DNA from: an uncultured Gemmatimonadales bacterium
GTDB lineage: Bacteria; Gemmatimonadota; Gemmatimonadetes; Gemmatimonadales; GWC2-71-9
Direction: 5' to 3'
Assembly: GCA_963771275.1 (NCBI GenBank)
Contig: CAVYSW010000003.1
Location: forward strand, 482,655 to 546,654
Length of the DNA: 64,000 nt
Position numbers and translations under genes: made by a program. Of this stretch, positions 20,708-28,341 are shown one piece after another; position 1 is the stretch's first letter; every line of letters begins with the position of its first letter. The notes under the pieces are model-generated. The model was not told the origin of the DNA, searched no databases, and saw only the letters and a program-made list of their open reading frames with translations.

Positions 20708-20912
20708 GGTGATCCGCCTCATCGTCAACGGCGAGTCGCGCGAGGTGCCGAGCGACGCTTCGCTGCTCCAGCTGCTCGAGCGGTTCGACCTCGATCCCCG
20801 CCTGGTCGTGGTCGAGCTGAATCGCCAGATCGTGCGGCGTCCGGCCCTGGCCGGCACACGGGTCCGTGACGGCGACCAGGTCGAGCTCGTGCACTTCGTG
20901 GGGGGAGGATGA
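20697..20912 (+). CDS. thiS: Sulfur carrier protein ThiS
   Basis: 71 aa, IRLIVNGESREV...VVVELNRQIV...GDQVELVHFVGGG, with C-terminal GG. Tail of ORF 20322..20912 from ATG 20697. Confidence 0.85.
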   Translation: MSPEVIRLIVNGESREVPSDASLLQLLERFDLDPRLVVVELNRQIVRRPALAGTRVRDGDQVELVHFVGGG

Positions 20913-20913
20913 G

Positions 20914-21705
20914 GTGAGCGACGCCGCCTGGCAGGATACCGCTCTCGCGATCGGCGGCCGGACGTTCCGGTCCCGTCTCATCGTCGGCACCGGGAAGTAC
21001 AAGGACCACGCCACCATGGTCAGCGCCCATGCGGCATCGGGCGCGGAGATCGTGACGGTGGCCGTGCGCCGGGTGGATCTGGACCGCACCAAGGAAGAGG
21101 GTATCCTCTACCATCTCGATCCCCAGCGGTACTTCCTGCTCGCCAACACCGCCGGCTGCTACACGGCGGGCGACGCCGTGCGCTACGCGCGTCTCGCGCG
21201 CGAGGCGGGCTTCAACGAGTTCATCAAGCTCGAGGTGATCGGCGATCAGCAGACGCTCCTGCCGGAGGTGGAAGAGCTGCTCAAGGCCACCCGCACGCTC
21301 GTCGCCGACGGCTTTCGGGTGATGGCCTATACGAACGAGGACCTCGTCACCGCTCTCAAGCTCCAGGACGCCGGCGCGGCGGCCGTGATGCCGCTCGCCT
21401 CGCCGATCGGGAGCGGGCTGGGGCTGCTCAACCCCTACGCGATCCGGACGATCAAGAGCCGGCTCACCGTGCCGGTGATCGTGGACGCCGGCGTCGGCAC
21501 GGCGTCCGATGCCTGCGTGACCATGGAGCAGGGCGTCGACGGCATCCTGATGAACACGGCGGTCGCCGAAGCGCGCGACCCCGTGGCGATGGCCCACGCC
21601 ATGCGCCTGGCCGTCGCGGCCGGGCGCGCGGCCTACGTGGCCGGGCGGATGCCGCGCCGCGAAGTGGCGGTCCCGTCGAGCCCCGCCAAGGGAATGCTGG
21701 GCTGA
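20914..21705 (+). CDS. thiG: Thiazole synthase ThiG
   Basis: [76 protein letters not shown]. Confidence 0.95.
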   Translation: MSDAAWQDTALAIGGRTFRSRLIVGTGKYKDHATMVSAHAASGAEIVTVAVRRVDLDRTKEEGILYHLDPQRYFLLANTAGCYTAGDAVRYARLAREAGFNEFIKLEVIGDQQTLLPEVEELLKATRTLVADGFRVMAYTNEDLVTALKLQDAGAAAVMPLASPIGSGLGLLNPYAIRTIKSRLTVPVIVDAGVGTASDACVTMEQGVDGILMNTAVAEARDPVAMAHAMRLAVAAGRAAYVAGRMPRREVAVPSSPAKGMLG

Positions 21706-21743
21706 GCGTTCGTGGCGCCGCGACCCGCGCCGCCGCGCTCGAG

Positions 21744-22994
21744 GTGCTGCGCGCCGTGCGAGGTGGCGTTACGTTCGACGCCGCGCTGGCGTCTGCCCTG
21801 GGCGACCTCGCGGAGCCGGATCGACGGTTGGCGCACGAGCTCGCCGCGGGCGTGCTGCGCGCGCGCACCGCGCTGGATCTGACGATCGCGCGCCACGTCT
21901 CGTCCGATTGGCGGCGGGTGGACGATGACGTCCGCGACGTGCTGCGGCTGGGAGCGTACCAGCTCCTCGAACTCGACCGTGTGCCCGCCCACGCGGCCGT
22001 CGCGACGGCGGTGGACCTCGCGAAGCGGGCGCACGGCACGCGGTCGGCCGGGTTCGTGAACGCGGTCCTGCGGCGGATCGCGCGCGGGCGGGATGCCGGT
22101 GCGGAACCGCGGAACGGCGGCGCGCCCGCGCTCGAGGCTGGACGGACGGCGTCGGAGCTGGCCCGGCACTACTCCCACCCGGAGTGGTTGGTCGCCCGCT
22201 GGATCGACGCGTTCGGCACGGAGCGCGCCGCGTCCCTGCTCGCGTGCAACAACCGGCGGCCCGTGACGCACCTCCAGCCGGCCCGTTGGGACCTCGACCG
22301 GCTCGCGCGCGAGCTCGCGACGGCGGGCATCACGAGCGAGTCGGCCCCCGGCGGCGCGGGCCTCGCGGTTCGCGGCATTCGCGTCGAGCAGCTGCCCGGC
22401 TACCGGGAGGGGGGGTTCGTCGTGCAGGATGCGGCGCAGGCGCTCGGTCTCGCCCATGCCGCGATCCCCGACGGCGCCCTGGTCTGGGACGCGTGCGCGG
22501 CGCCGGGCGGCAAGACCGCGACGCTGGCACGCCAATGCCGGGTGGTCGCTTCCGACGTGCGGCGCGAGCGGCTGGCCCGGTTGCTGGAGACGGTTCGGCG
22601 GGCGGCGCCCGCTGTCCGCGTCCTGTGCGCCGATGCGACTCGGCCGCCGTTCGGGGCGGACCGGTTCGACGCGGTGCTGCTCGACGCCCCCTGCACCGCC
22701 ACCGGCACGCTGGCCAGGCACCCAGACGCGCGGTGGCGCGCCTCGCCCGTCCGGCTGCGACGCCTGCAGGCGCTGCAGGGAGCGCTGCTCGATGGCGTGG
22801 CCGGCACGGTGCGGCCTGGCGGGGTGCTGGTGTACATGACCTGTTCACTCGAGCCGGAGGAAAACGCCGTCCAGATGGAGCGCTTCCTGACCCGCCATCC
22901 GGCGTTCCGCCGCGAGCAGGAGGACCTGCTGGTCTTCCCGCCCGATCGCGGCACCGACGGCGGCTACACGGCCCGCCTGGTCCGGATCGCATGA
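21744..22994 (+). CDS. rsmB: 16S rRNA (cytosine967-C5)-methyltransferase RsmB/Sun
   Basis: NusB-like N-terminal region, then FVVQDAAQ, DACAAPGGKT, LLDAPCTATGTLARHPD, LVYMTCSLEPEEN. Confidence 0.9.
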   Translation: MLRAVRGGVTFDAALASALGDLAEPDRRLAHELAAGVLRARTALDLTIARHVSSDWRRVDDDVRDVLRLGAYQLLELDRVPAHAAVATAVDLAKRAHGTRSAGFVNAVLRRIARGRDAGAEPRNGGAPALEAGRTASELARHYSHPEWLVARWIDAFGTERAASLLACNNRRPVTHLQPARWDLDRLARELATAGITSESAPGGAGLAVRGIRVEQLPGYREGGFVVQDAAQALGLAHAAIPDGALVWDACAAPGGKTATLARQCRVVASDVRRERLARLLETVRRAAPAVRVLCADATRPPFGADRFDAVLLDAPCTATGTLARHPDARWRASPVRLRRLQALQGALLDGVAGTVRPGGVLVYMTCSLEPEENAVQMERFLTRHPAFRREQEDLLVFPPDRGTDGGYTARLVRIA

Positions 22995-23914
22995 GGGTGC
23001 GTCGCACGTTCGCCGAGCGCGGGCCGCTTGCGCGGTGGATGGAGCGGTTGCGCGCGCGGCTTCACATCGGGCGCACACCGCCGAGCGATCGGCCGCGGGC
23101 CGAGGCGCCGCCGCCGTGGCCCCACGAGCCTGCGACGACGACGCTGACGTCGGAGCTGGGGGAGGGCACCGGGGCAACGCCGCGCGTCTGGTGGCGCGAG
23201 CGGCGCGTTGCGCTCATGGCCACCGGGGTGTTCGGCGGCACGCTGCTGCTCGGGTATCTGCTGGCGGCGCTCGTGTTCTTCCCCGCCCCGATCTTCGCCA
23301 GCAGCAAGAACGTGCCCCGCCTGATCGGCATGCAGGAAGGCACCGCGCGCGAGGCGCTGGCGAGGAGCGGGCTCGGCGTCGCCACCGTCGAGCGAGCTGC
23401 GCACCCGTCGGCCGCGCCGGGGGTGGTTATCTGGCAGGATCCCCCGCCGGAGGTGGTGGCCCGCGAGGGCACCGACGTCGCGCTGACGGTGAGCACCGGC
23501 CCGCAACGCATCCCGGTGCCAGATGTCGCCGGATACGAGGCGCAGGATGCCCGGCTCCTGCTGGAGTCGGCGGGCCTCAAGGTCGGGTCGATCGAGTCCA
23601 CGCAGGCGCCCACGCCCAAGAACATCGCCGTCAACACGCGCCCGCCCGCCGGCAGCACCCTGCTCCCTGGCACGGCCGTCACGCTCGTCGTGAGCGTCGG
23701 GGCCGCCACGATCCGGGTCCCCGCCCTGACCGGCCTTACCGTCGAGGAGGCGCGCTTGGCCCTCGAGACCGCGGGACTCACCCTCGGCACGAGCTTCGCC
23801 CAGACGACGCAGGCCGCGGCACCCGGGGAGATCTTCTACCAGGAACCGGCGGCCGGAACGTTGAGCGCGCCCGGGACGCCGGTCAACGTGCGCATCGCCC
23901 GGAGCGGCCAATGA
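22991..23914 (+). CDS. Membrane-anchored protein with three PASTA domains and no kinase or transpeptidase domain
   Basis: Tail of ORF 22184..23914 from ATG 22991 (ATGA overlap with rsmB). About 75-aa cytoplasmic tail, TM (ALMATGVFGGTLLLGYLLAALVFFP), then three repeats of the type VP.L.G....A...L...GL.......(PG.V..Q.P..G)....G..V.L.VS. Confidence 0.85.
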   Translation: MRVRRTFAERGPLARWMERLRARLHIGRTPPSDRPRAEAPPPWPHEPATTTLTSELGEGTGATPRVWWRERRVALMATGVFGGTLLLGYLLAALVFFPAPIFASSKNVPRLIGMQEGTAREALARSGLGVATVERAAHPSAAPGVVIWQDPPPEVVAREGTDVALTVSTGPQRIPVPDVAGYEAQDARLLLESAGLKVGSIESTQAPTPKNIAVNTRPPAGSTLLPGTAVTLVVSVGAATIRVPALTGLTVEEARLALETAGLTLGTSFAQTTQAAAPGEIFYQEPAAGTLSAPGTPVNVRIARSGQ

Positions 23915-24579
23915 GCCCAGTGCGGATCGCCCCCAGCATCCTCAGCGCGGACCCGGGACGGCTCGCGGAGGACATCGCGCGGGCCGCCGAGGGCGGCGCG
24001 GACCTGATCCACATCGACGTCATGGATGGCCGGTTCGTGCCCAATCTGACGTTCGGCGCGGCGGTGATCGCCGCCGCCCGTCGCGCCACGAGCCTGCCGC
24101 TCGACGTGCATCTGATGGTGGTGGAGCCCGAGCGCTACCTCACCCCATTCGCCGAGGCGGGGGCCGCGATCTTCACGTTCCATCCGGAAGCCACCCGCCA
24201 TCCGCAACGCCATCTCGTGGTCGCGCACGAGCTCGGGATGCGCGCGGGCCTGGCCCTCAATCCCGGCACACCGCTCGCGCTGGTCGAGGACATGCTCGAC
24301 GACGTGGATCTGCTGCTCGTCATGACGGTGAACCCTGGCTACGGCGGGCAGAGTTACATTCCAGCGTCGACCACGAAGATCCGCCGGGCACGTGCCCTGA
24401 TCGCCGCGCACGGCAACCGCACGTGGCTCGAAGTGGACGGCGGGATCACGGTGGACACGATCGCGACCGCCTACGTGGCGGGCGCGGATACTTTCGTGGC
24501 CGGGTCGGCCGTGTTCGGCGCGGATGACCCCGGCGCGGCGGTCCGCGAACTTCGGCGACGCTGCGCGGTACACGTCTAG
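23911..24579 (+). CDS. rpe: Ribulose-phosphate 3-epimerase
   Basis: IAPSILSAD, DLIHIDVMDGRFVPNLTFG, DVHLMV, VMTVNPGYGGQ, EVDGGI. ATGA overlap with the PASTA gene stop. Confidence 0.95.
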   Translation: MSPVRIAPSILSADPGRLAEDIARAAEGGADLIHIDVMDGRFVPNLTFGAAVIAAARRATSLPLDVHLMVVEPERYLTPFAEAGAAIFTFHPEATRHPQRHLVVAHELGMRAGLALNPGTPLALVEDMLDDVDLLLVMTVNPGYGGQSYIPASTTKIRRARALIAAHGNRTWLEVDGGITVDTIATAYVAGADTFVAGSAVFGADDPGAAVRELRRRCAVHV

Positions 24580-24600
24580 GGAAGCGTGGAAGGTCGAGAC

Positions 24601-25137
24601 ATGAGGAACCGCAGTCAGTGGATCGCCGTCGCCGTGGTGCTGGGCGTGCTCGGGTTCGGGTTGGGGGCGGCCCTGGTGCTCAGCCCCGAGATCAAGCGGA
24701 TCGAGCCCGGGGTGCGGGCGCCCGACGCCAGGGTCGTGGACGTCGCGACCGGCGATACGGTGGGCATCCGCGATTTCCGTGGTGAGGTGGTCCTGCTCAA
24801 CGTCTGGGCCACCTGGTGCGCGCCGTGTCTCGAAGAGATGCCGTCGATGGAGCGCCTCTACCAGGAGCTCGGCCCCGAAGGGCTCAGGATCGTCGCCGTC
24901 AGCATCGACCAGCTCGACCCCGCGGCCGTGCGGCGCTGGACGGAAGAGCGCGCCTTGACGTTCACCATTCTTCAGGACCGCTCCGGCAAGATCGAGCAGA
25001 CTTTCCAGACGACCGGCACGCCCGAGAGCTTCGTGCTCGACAAGGACGGCGTGATCGTCAAGAAGGTCATCGGGGCGGTCCCGTGGGATCACCCCGCCCA
25101 GAAAGCGCTGTTCCGGAGGCTGCTTGCGGCCGACTAG
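24601..25137 (+). CDS. TlpA-family thiol:disulfide oxidoreductase (thioredoxin fold), membrane anchored
   Basis: N-terminal TM, VVLLNVWATWCAPCLEEMPSM (WCxxC). ATG 24601 preferred, with GGAAGG 7-12 nt upstream; the ORF opens at GTG 24586. Confidence 0.85.
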   Translation: MRNRSQWIAVAVVLGVLGFGLGAALVLSPEIKRIEPGVRAPDARVVDVATGDTVGIRDFRGEVVLLNVWATWCAPCLEEMPSMERLYQELGPEGLRIVAVSIDQLDPAAVRRWTEERALTFTILQDRSGKIEQTFQTTGTPESFVLDKDGVIVKKVIGAVPWDHPAQKALFRRLLAAD

Positions 25138-26065
25138 GTCGTGGACGATCGCGCTGCGCTCGGCGATCGTCACGAACTGGCCGGTCAAGGTCACGGCGCT
25201 GGTGCTGTCCGGCGTCTTGTGGGCGGCGGTGGCCGCGGAAGAGCCCACGACCCAACTCATTCCGGTCCACCTTGTCGTCCAGCCCCCTGCGGGGCGCATG
25301 CTCCGGGGCTCGGTGCCCACGGTCCAGGCGGTCTACATCGGGAGCACCCGCGAGCTCATCAAGCTGTATTCGTCGCCGCCCACGGTCCGCAAAGTCATCC
25401 CGGACACGCTCACCGGTAACCGGTTCGAGCTGGAGCTGGCCCCCCAGGACCTCGTGACGGGGAAACAGATCAACGTGCGCGCCGAGGACATTCAGCCGCG
25501 CAGCCTGCTCATTCAGCTCGACGAGGTGGCCCGCCGAACGGTCCGGGTCATGCCGCGCGTCACGGTGGTCCCGGAATCCGGCTACGCGGTGCTCGACGGC
25601 TTGACGGTGGCGCCAAGCTCGGTGCTCGTGGTCGGGCCGGACACGGCCCTCCGCCAGCTCCACGAGGTGCCGACCTTGCCGGTCGCCTTGAGCGGGCTCA
25701 CGGCTCCGGTTCGGCGCAGGGTCAGGCTCGATACCGCCGGACTGGGACCGATCCGGGTCACCCCCGACGAAGTCGACGTGTCGGTCGATGTCGCGTTCAT
25801 GGCGGAGCGCGTCTTGATGGGCGTGCCGGTCGCCATCCAGGGGGAGCGGAGTCCCACGACCGCCGCGACCCCGCCGGCCGTCATCGTGACGGTGCGCGGG
25901 CCGAGCGGCCGGCTGGTCCACCTCACACGGGATTCCGTGACGGTCGTCGCCACCCGGACCGATACCGACCGGGCGGAGACCGTGCGGCTGCAGGTGGTGC
26001 CGCCCGAGGGCCTCACCGCCGTCGCGACACCCGATTCCGTCTTGCTCCAACGCCGCCGTGGCTGA
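25124..26065 (+). CDS. YbbR-like domain-containing protein
   Basis: 313 aa. N-terminal TM (VKVTALVLSGVLWAAV), then repeated beta-rich modules ending in patterns like V.V.GP......L..V.T.PV.L.G.T. TTG start at 25124 is uncertain. Confidence 0.7.
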   Translation: MRPTRSWTIALRSAIVTNWPVKVTALVLSGVLWAAVAAEEPTTQLIPVHLVVQPPAGRMLRGSVPTVQAVYIGSTRELIKLYSSPPTVRKVIPDTLTGNRFELELAPQDLVTGKQINVRAEDIQPRSLLIQLDEVARRTVRVMPRVTVVPESGYAVLDGLTVAPSSVLVVGPDTALRQLHEVPTLPVALSGLTAPVRRRVRLDTAGLGPIRVTPDEVDVSVDVAFMAERVLMGVPVAIQGERSPTTAATPPAVIVTVRGPSGRLVHLTRDSVTVVATRTDTDRAETVRLQVVPPEGLTAVATPDSVLLQRRRG

Positions 26066-27095
26066 CGTCGTCCTCGGGATCGAGTCCTCGTGCGACGAGA
26101 CCTCGGCCGCCATCCTGGTGTGTGACGGCGACCGGGCGGAGCTCGCGAGCCTGGTGATCCTCTCCCAGGATGTCCATCAGGTGTTCGGGGGCGTCGTTCC
26201 CGAGCTGGCAAGTCGGGCGCACCTCAGGGCACTCGACCCGGTCGTCGGCCGCGCGCTCGCTGAAGCCGGCCTGCCGCTCAGCGCGGTCGACGCCGTCGCG
26301 GTCACGGCGGGCCCGGGTCTGATCGGCGCCTTGCTGGTGGGCGTGAGCTATGCAAAGGCGCTCGCGGCCGGGTGCGGGCTGCGCCTGATCGGTGTGCACC
26401 ACCTGGAAGGGCATCTGTTCGCACCCACCCTCGAGGACCCCGACCTTGCGCCGCCGTTCGTGGCACTGATCGTGTCGGGCGGCCACACCCTGCTGCTCGA
26501 CGTGCCCGAGTGGGGCCGCTATCGGGTGCTCGGTGAGACGCGCGATGACGCCGCCGGTGAGGCGTTCGACAAAGTCGCCACGCTGCTGGGCCTCGGGTAC
26601 CCGGGCGGGCCCGCCATCGAGCGACTCGCTGAGCGGGGCACGGACCGCTTCCGCCTGCCGCGCCCCATGCTCGGCGCGGGATTCGACTTCTCGTTCAGCG
26701 GCCTCAAGACCGCCGTGCTCCACGCCGTGCGCGCCTCGACGAGTCTCGACGCCGATCGTGCGGACCTCGCCCGCTCGTTCCAGGACGCGGTGATCGACGT
26801 CCTCGCGGCGAAGGCAACGGCCGCCCTCGAGGACACCGGACACCGCGCGCTCGTGGTCGGCGGCGGCGTCGCGTGCAATCGGGCGCTCGCCGAGCGACTG
26901 GCGCGCGCGCTGTCCGGGCGCGCCCGCGTCGTGGTAGCACAGCCCCGGCTCAACCTCGACAACGCCGCGATGATCGCCCGCGCCGGGTGGTTTCACCTCC
27001 GGCGCGGCGAGCAGAGCGATCACTTTCTGGACGCCGATCCGTCGCTCCCCTGGCCGGGGCTGGAGCGTGGGCCGGTCGCCGCCCCCGCGCCATGA
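26058..27095 (+). CDS. tsaD: tRNA N6-adenosine threonylcarbamoyltransferase TsaD
   Basis: VLGIESSCDETSAAI, GVHHLEGHL, SGGHT, DDAAGEAFDKVA..LGLGYPGGP, GGGVACN. Confidence 0.95.
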   Translation: MADVVLGIESSCDETSAAILVCDGDRAELASLVILSQDVHQVFGGVVPELASRAHLRALDPVVGRALAEAGLPLSAVDAVAVTAGPGLIGALLVGVSYAKALAAGCGLRLIGVHHLEGHLFAPTLEDPDLAPPFVALIVSGGHTLLLDVPEWGRYRVLGETRDDAAGEAFDKVATLLGLGYPGGPAIERLAERGTDRFRLPRPMLGAGFDFSFSGLKTAVLHAVRASTSLDADRADLARSFQDAVIDVLAAKATAALEDTGHRALVVGGGVACNRALAERLARALSGRARVVVAQPRLNLDNAAMIARAGWFHLRRGEQSDHFLDADPSLPWPGLERGPVAAPAP

Positions 27096-27928
27096 CCGTC
27101 TATCCCCTCACGTTCAAGATTCTCGGCCTGCAGGTCACGGGCTTCGGCATCATGATGATGCTCAGCTTTCTCGCCGCGGGCTGGGTGATGCAACTGGAGC
27201 TGCGCCGCCGGAAGCTCAACGAGGAATACGCCGCAGACGTGGTCGTGGCGGCCGTCATCGGCGGCATCATCGGCGCGCGCCTGTGGTACGTGGCGCTGAC
27301 CGGCGATCCCCACGCGCTGTTCTCGCGCAGCGGCCTCGTGTGGTACGGCGGCTTCATCGGCGGACTGGTGGCGGTGCTCGGCTGGGGCTGGTGGAAGCGG
27401 GTCCCGGCCCGGTTCACCTTCGAGCTGACCGCACCCGCGCTTGCACTCGGACACGGTCTGGGCCGCGTCGGGTGCTTTCTCGTGCAGGACGACTACGGCA
27501 TGCCGACCACGCTTCCGTGGGGGATGCGGTTTCCGCACGGCCTGCCGCCGACCACCGCCGCCGACCTCAGTCGCTGGGGTGTAGCAGTCCCCGCCGGGAC
27601 ACCACCCGGCGAAGTGCTCGCGGTGCACCCGACGCAACTCTACGAGGTCGTAGCGCTGCTGTTCATGTTCTGGCTGCTGTGGCGGCTCCGCCGGCACCAC
27701 CACGCGCTGGGCTGGCTGTTCGGCGTCTACCTCGTCGCCGTCGGGATCGAACGCTTCCTGGTCGAGTTCCTGCGCGCGAAGGACGACCGCATGCTCGGTC
27801 CCTTCACGCTCGCCCAGGCCGCGAGCGTCGCCGCCGCACTGTGCGGCGCGCTGTTGCTGTGGCGCTGGCGCCGGGACGACGGACGCCGCGTCGCCGCCGA
27901 CGGGGCCCTCAAGCCCCCCGGGACCTAG
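27092..27928 (+). CDS. lgt: Prolipoprotein diacylglyceryl transferase
   Basis: Tail of ORF 26873..27928 from ATG 27092 (ATGA overlap with tsaD). GFGIMMMLSFLAA, IGGIIGARLWYV, GLVWYGGFIGG, GRVGCFL, HPTQLYE. Confidence 0.95.
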   Translation: MTVYPLTFKILGLQVTGFGIMMMLSFLAAGWVMQLELRRRKLNEEYAADVVVAAVIGGIIGARLWYVALTGDPHALFSRSGLVWYGGFIGGLVAVLGWGWWKRVPARFTFELTAPALALGHGLGRVGCFLVQDDYGMPTTLPWGMRFPHGLPPTTAADLSRWGVAVPAGTPPGEVLAVHPTQLYEVVALLFMFWLLWRLRRHHHALGWLFGVYLVAVGIERFLVEFLRAKDDRMLGPFTLAQAASVAAALCGALLLWRWRRDDGRRVAADGALKPPGT

Positions 27929-27971
27929 CCGGAACGTTCCCATGCGTGGGCGGGCTCGGTCGCCCGGGGAC

Positions 27972-28001
27972 TGGACGGACCGAGATGAAGATATGTATAT
28001 T
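27972..28001 (+). promoter_or_regulatory. Candidate sigma-70-type promoter upstream of the FmdB-like gene
   Basis: TGGACG (27972-27977), 18-nt spacer, TATATT (27996-28001). Sits at the edge of a sharply AT-rich island. Confidence 0.35.
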
Positions 28002-28061
28002 GCTATAGATTAATTATCTCGACCTGCCGAGCGCACCGGGACACAACGCGGACCCGATCCA

Positions 28062-28277
28062 TTGCCCAGCTACGACTACCGCTGCCGCGATTGCGGCCAG
28101 GCGTTCTCGATCCGCCTCTCGATGGCCGCCTACTCCGAGGGGGGTGTACGCCCGCCCTGCGTCGCGTGCGGCTCGGCGAACGTGGAGCGGAGCTTCTCTG
28201 CCGTGAACGTGCTCACCGGGTCGCGCGGGGGCGGCTCCTCTGCCGCCGGGTGCGGATCATCGAGCGGGTTCACCTGA
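28062..28277 (+). CDS. FmdB-family zinc-ribbon protein (CxxC_CxxC_SSSS type)
   Basis: MPSYDYRCRDCGQAFSI...PPCVACGSANVER.FS followed by a G/S-rich tail. TTG start at 28062 gives the canonical MPxYxYxCxxCG N-terminus. Confidence 0.8.
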   Translation: MPSYDYRCRDCGQAFSIRLSMAAYSEGGVRPPCVACGSANVERSFSAVNVLTGSRGGGSSAAGCGSSSGFT

Positions 28278-28291
28278 GCCACCTGACGCTG

Positions 28292-28308
28292 CCGCCCGGT
28301 GCGGGCGG
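28292..28308. terminator. Short GC hairpin between convergent genes
   Basis: CCGCCCG-gtg-CGGGCGG, 7-bp stem, between the FmdB-like stop (28277) and the FTR1 stop (28342). No U tract. Confidence 0.3.
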
Positions 28309-28341
28309 AGATCGCTGCTTCCCGTCGGGTTGAGCCCGGGG

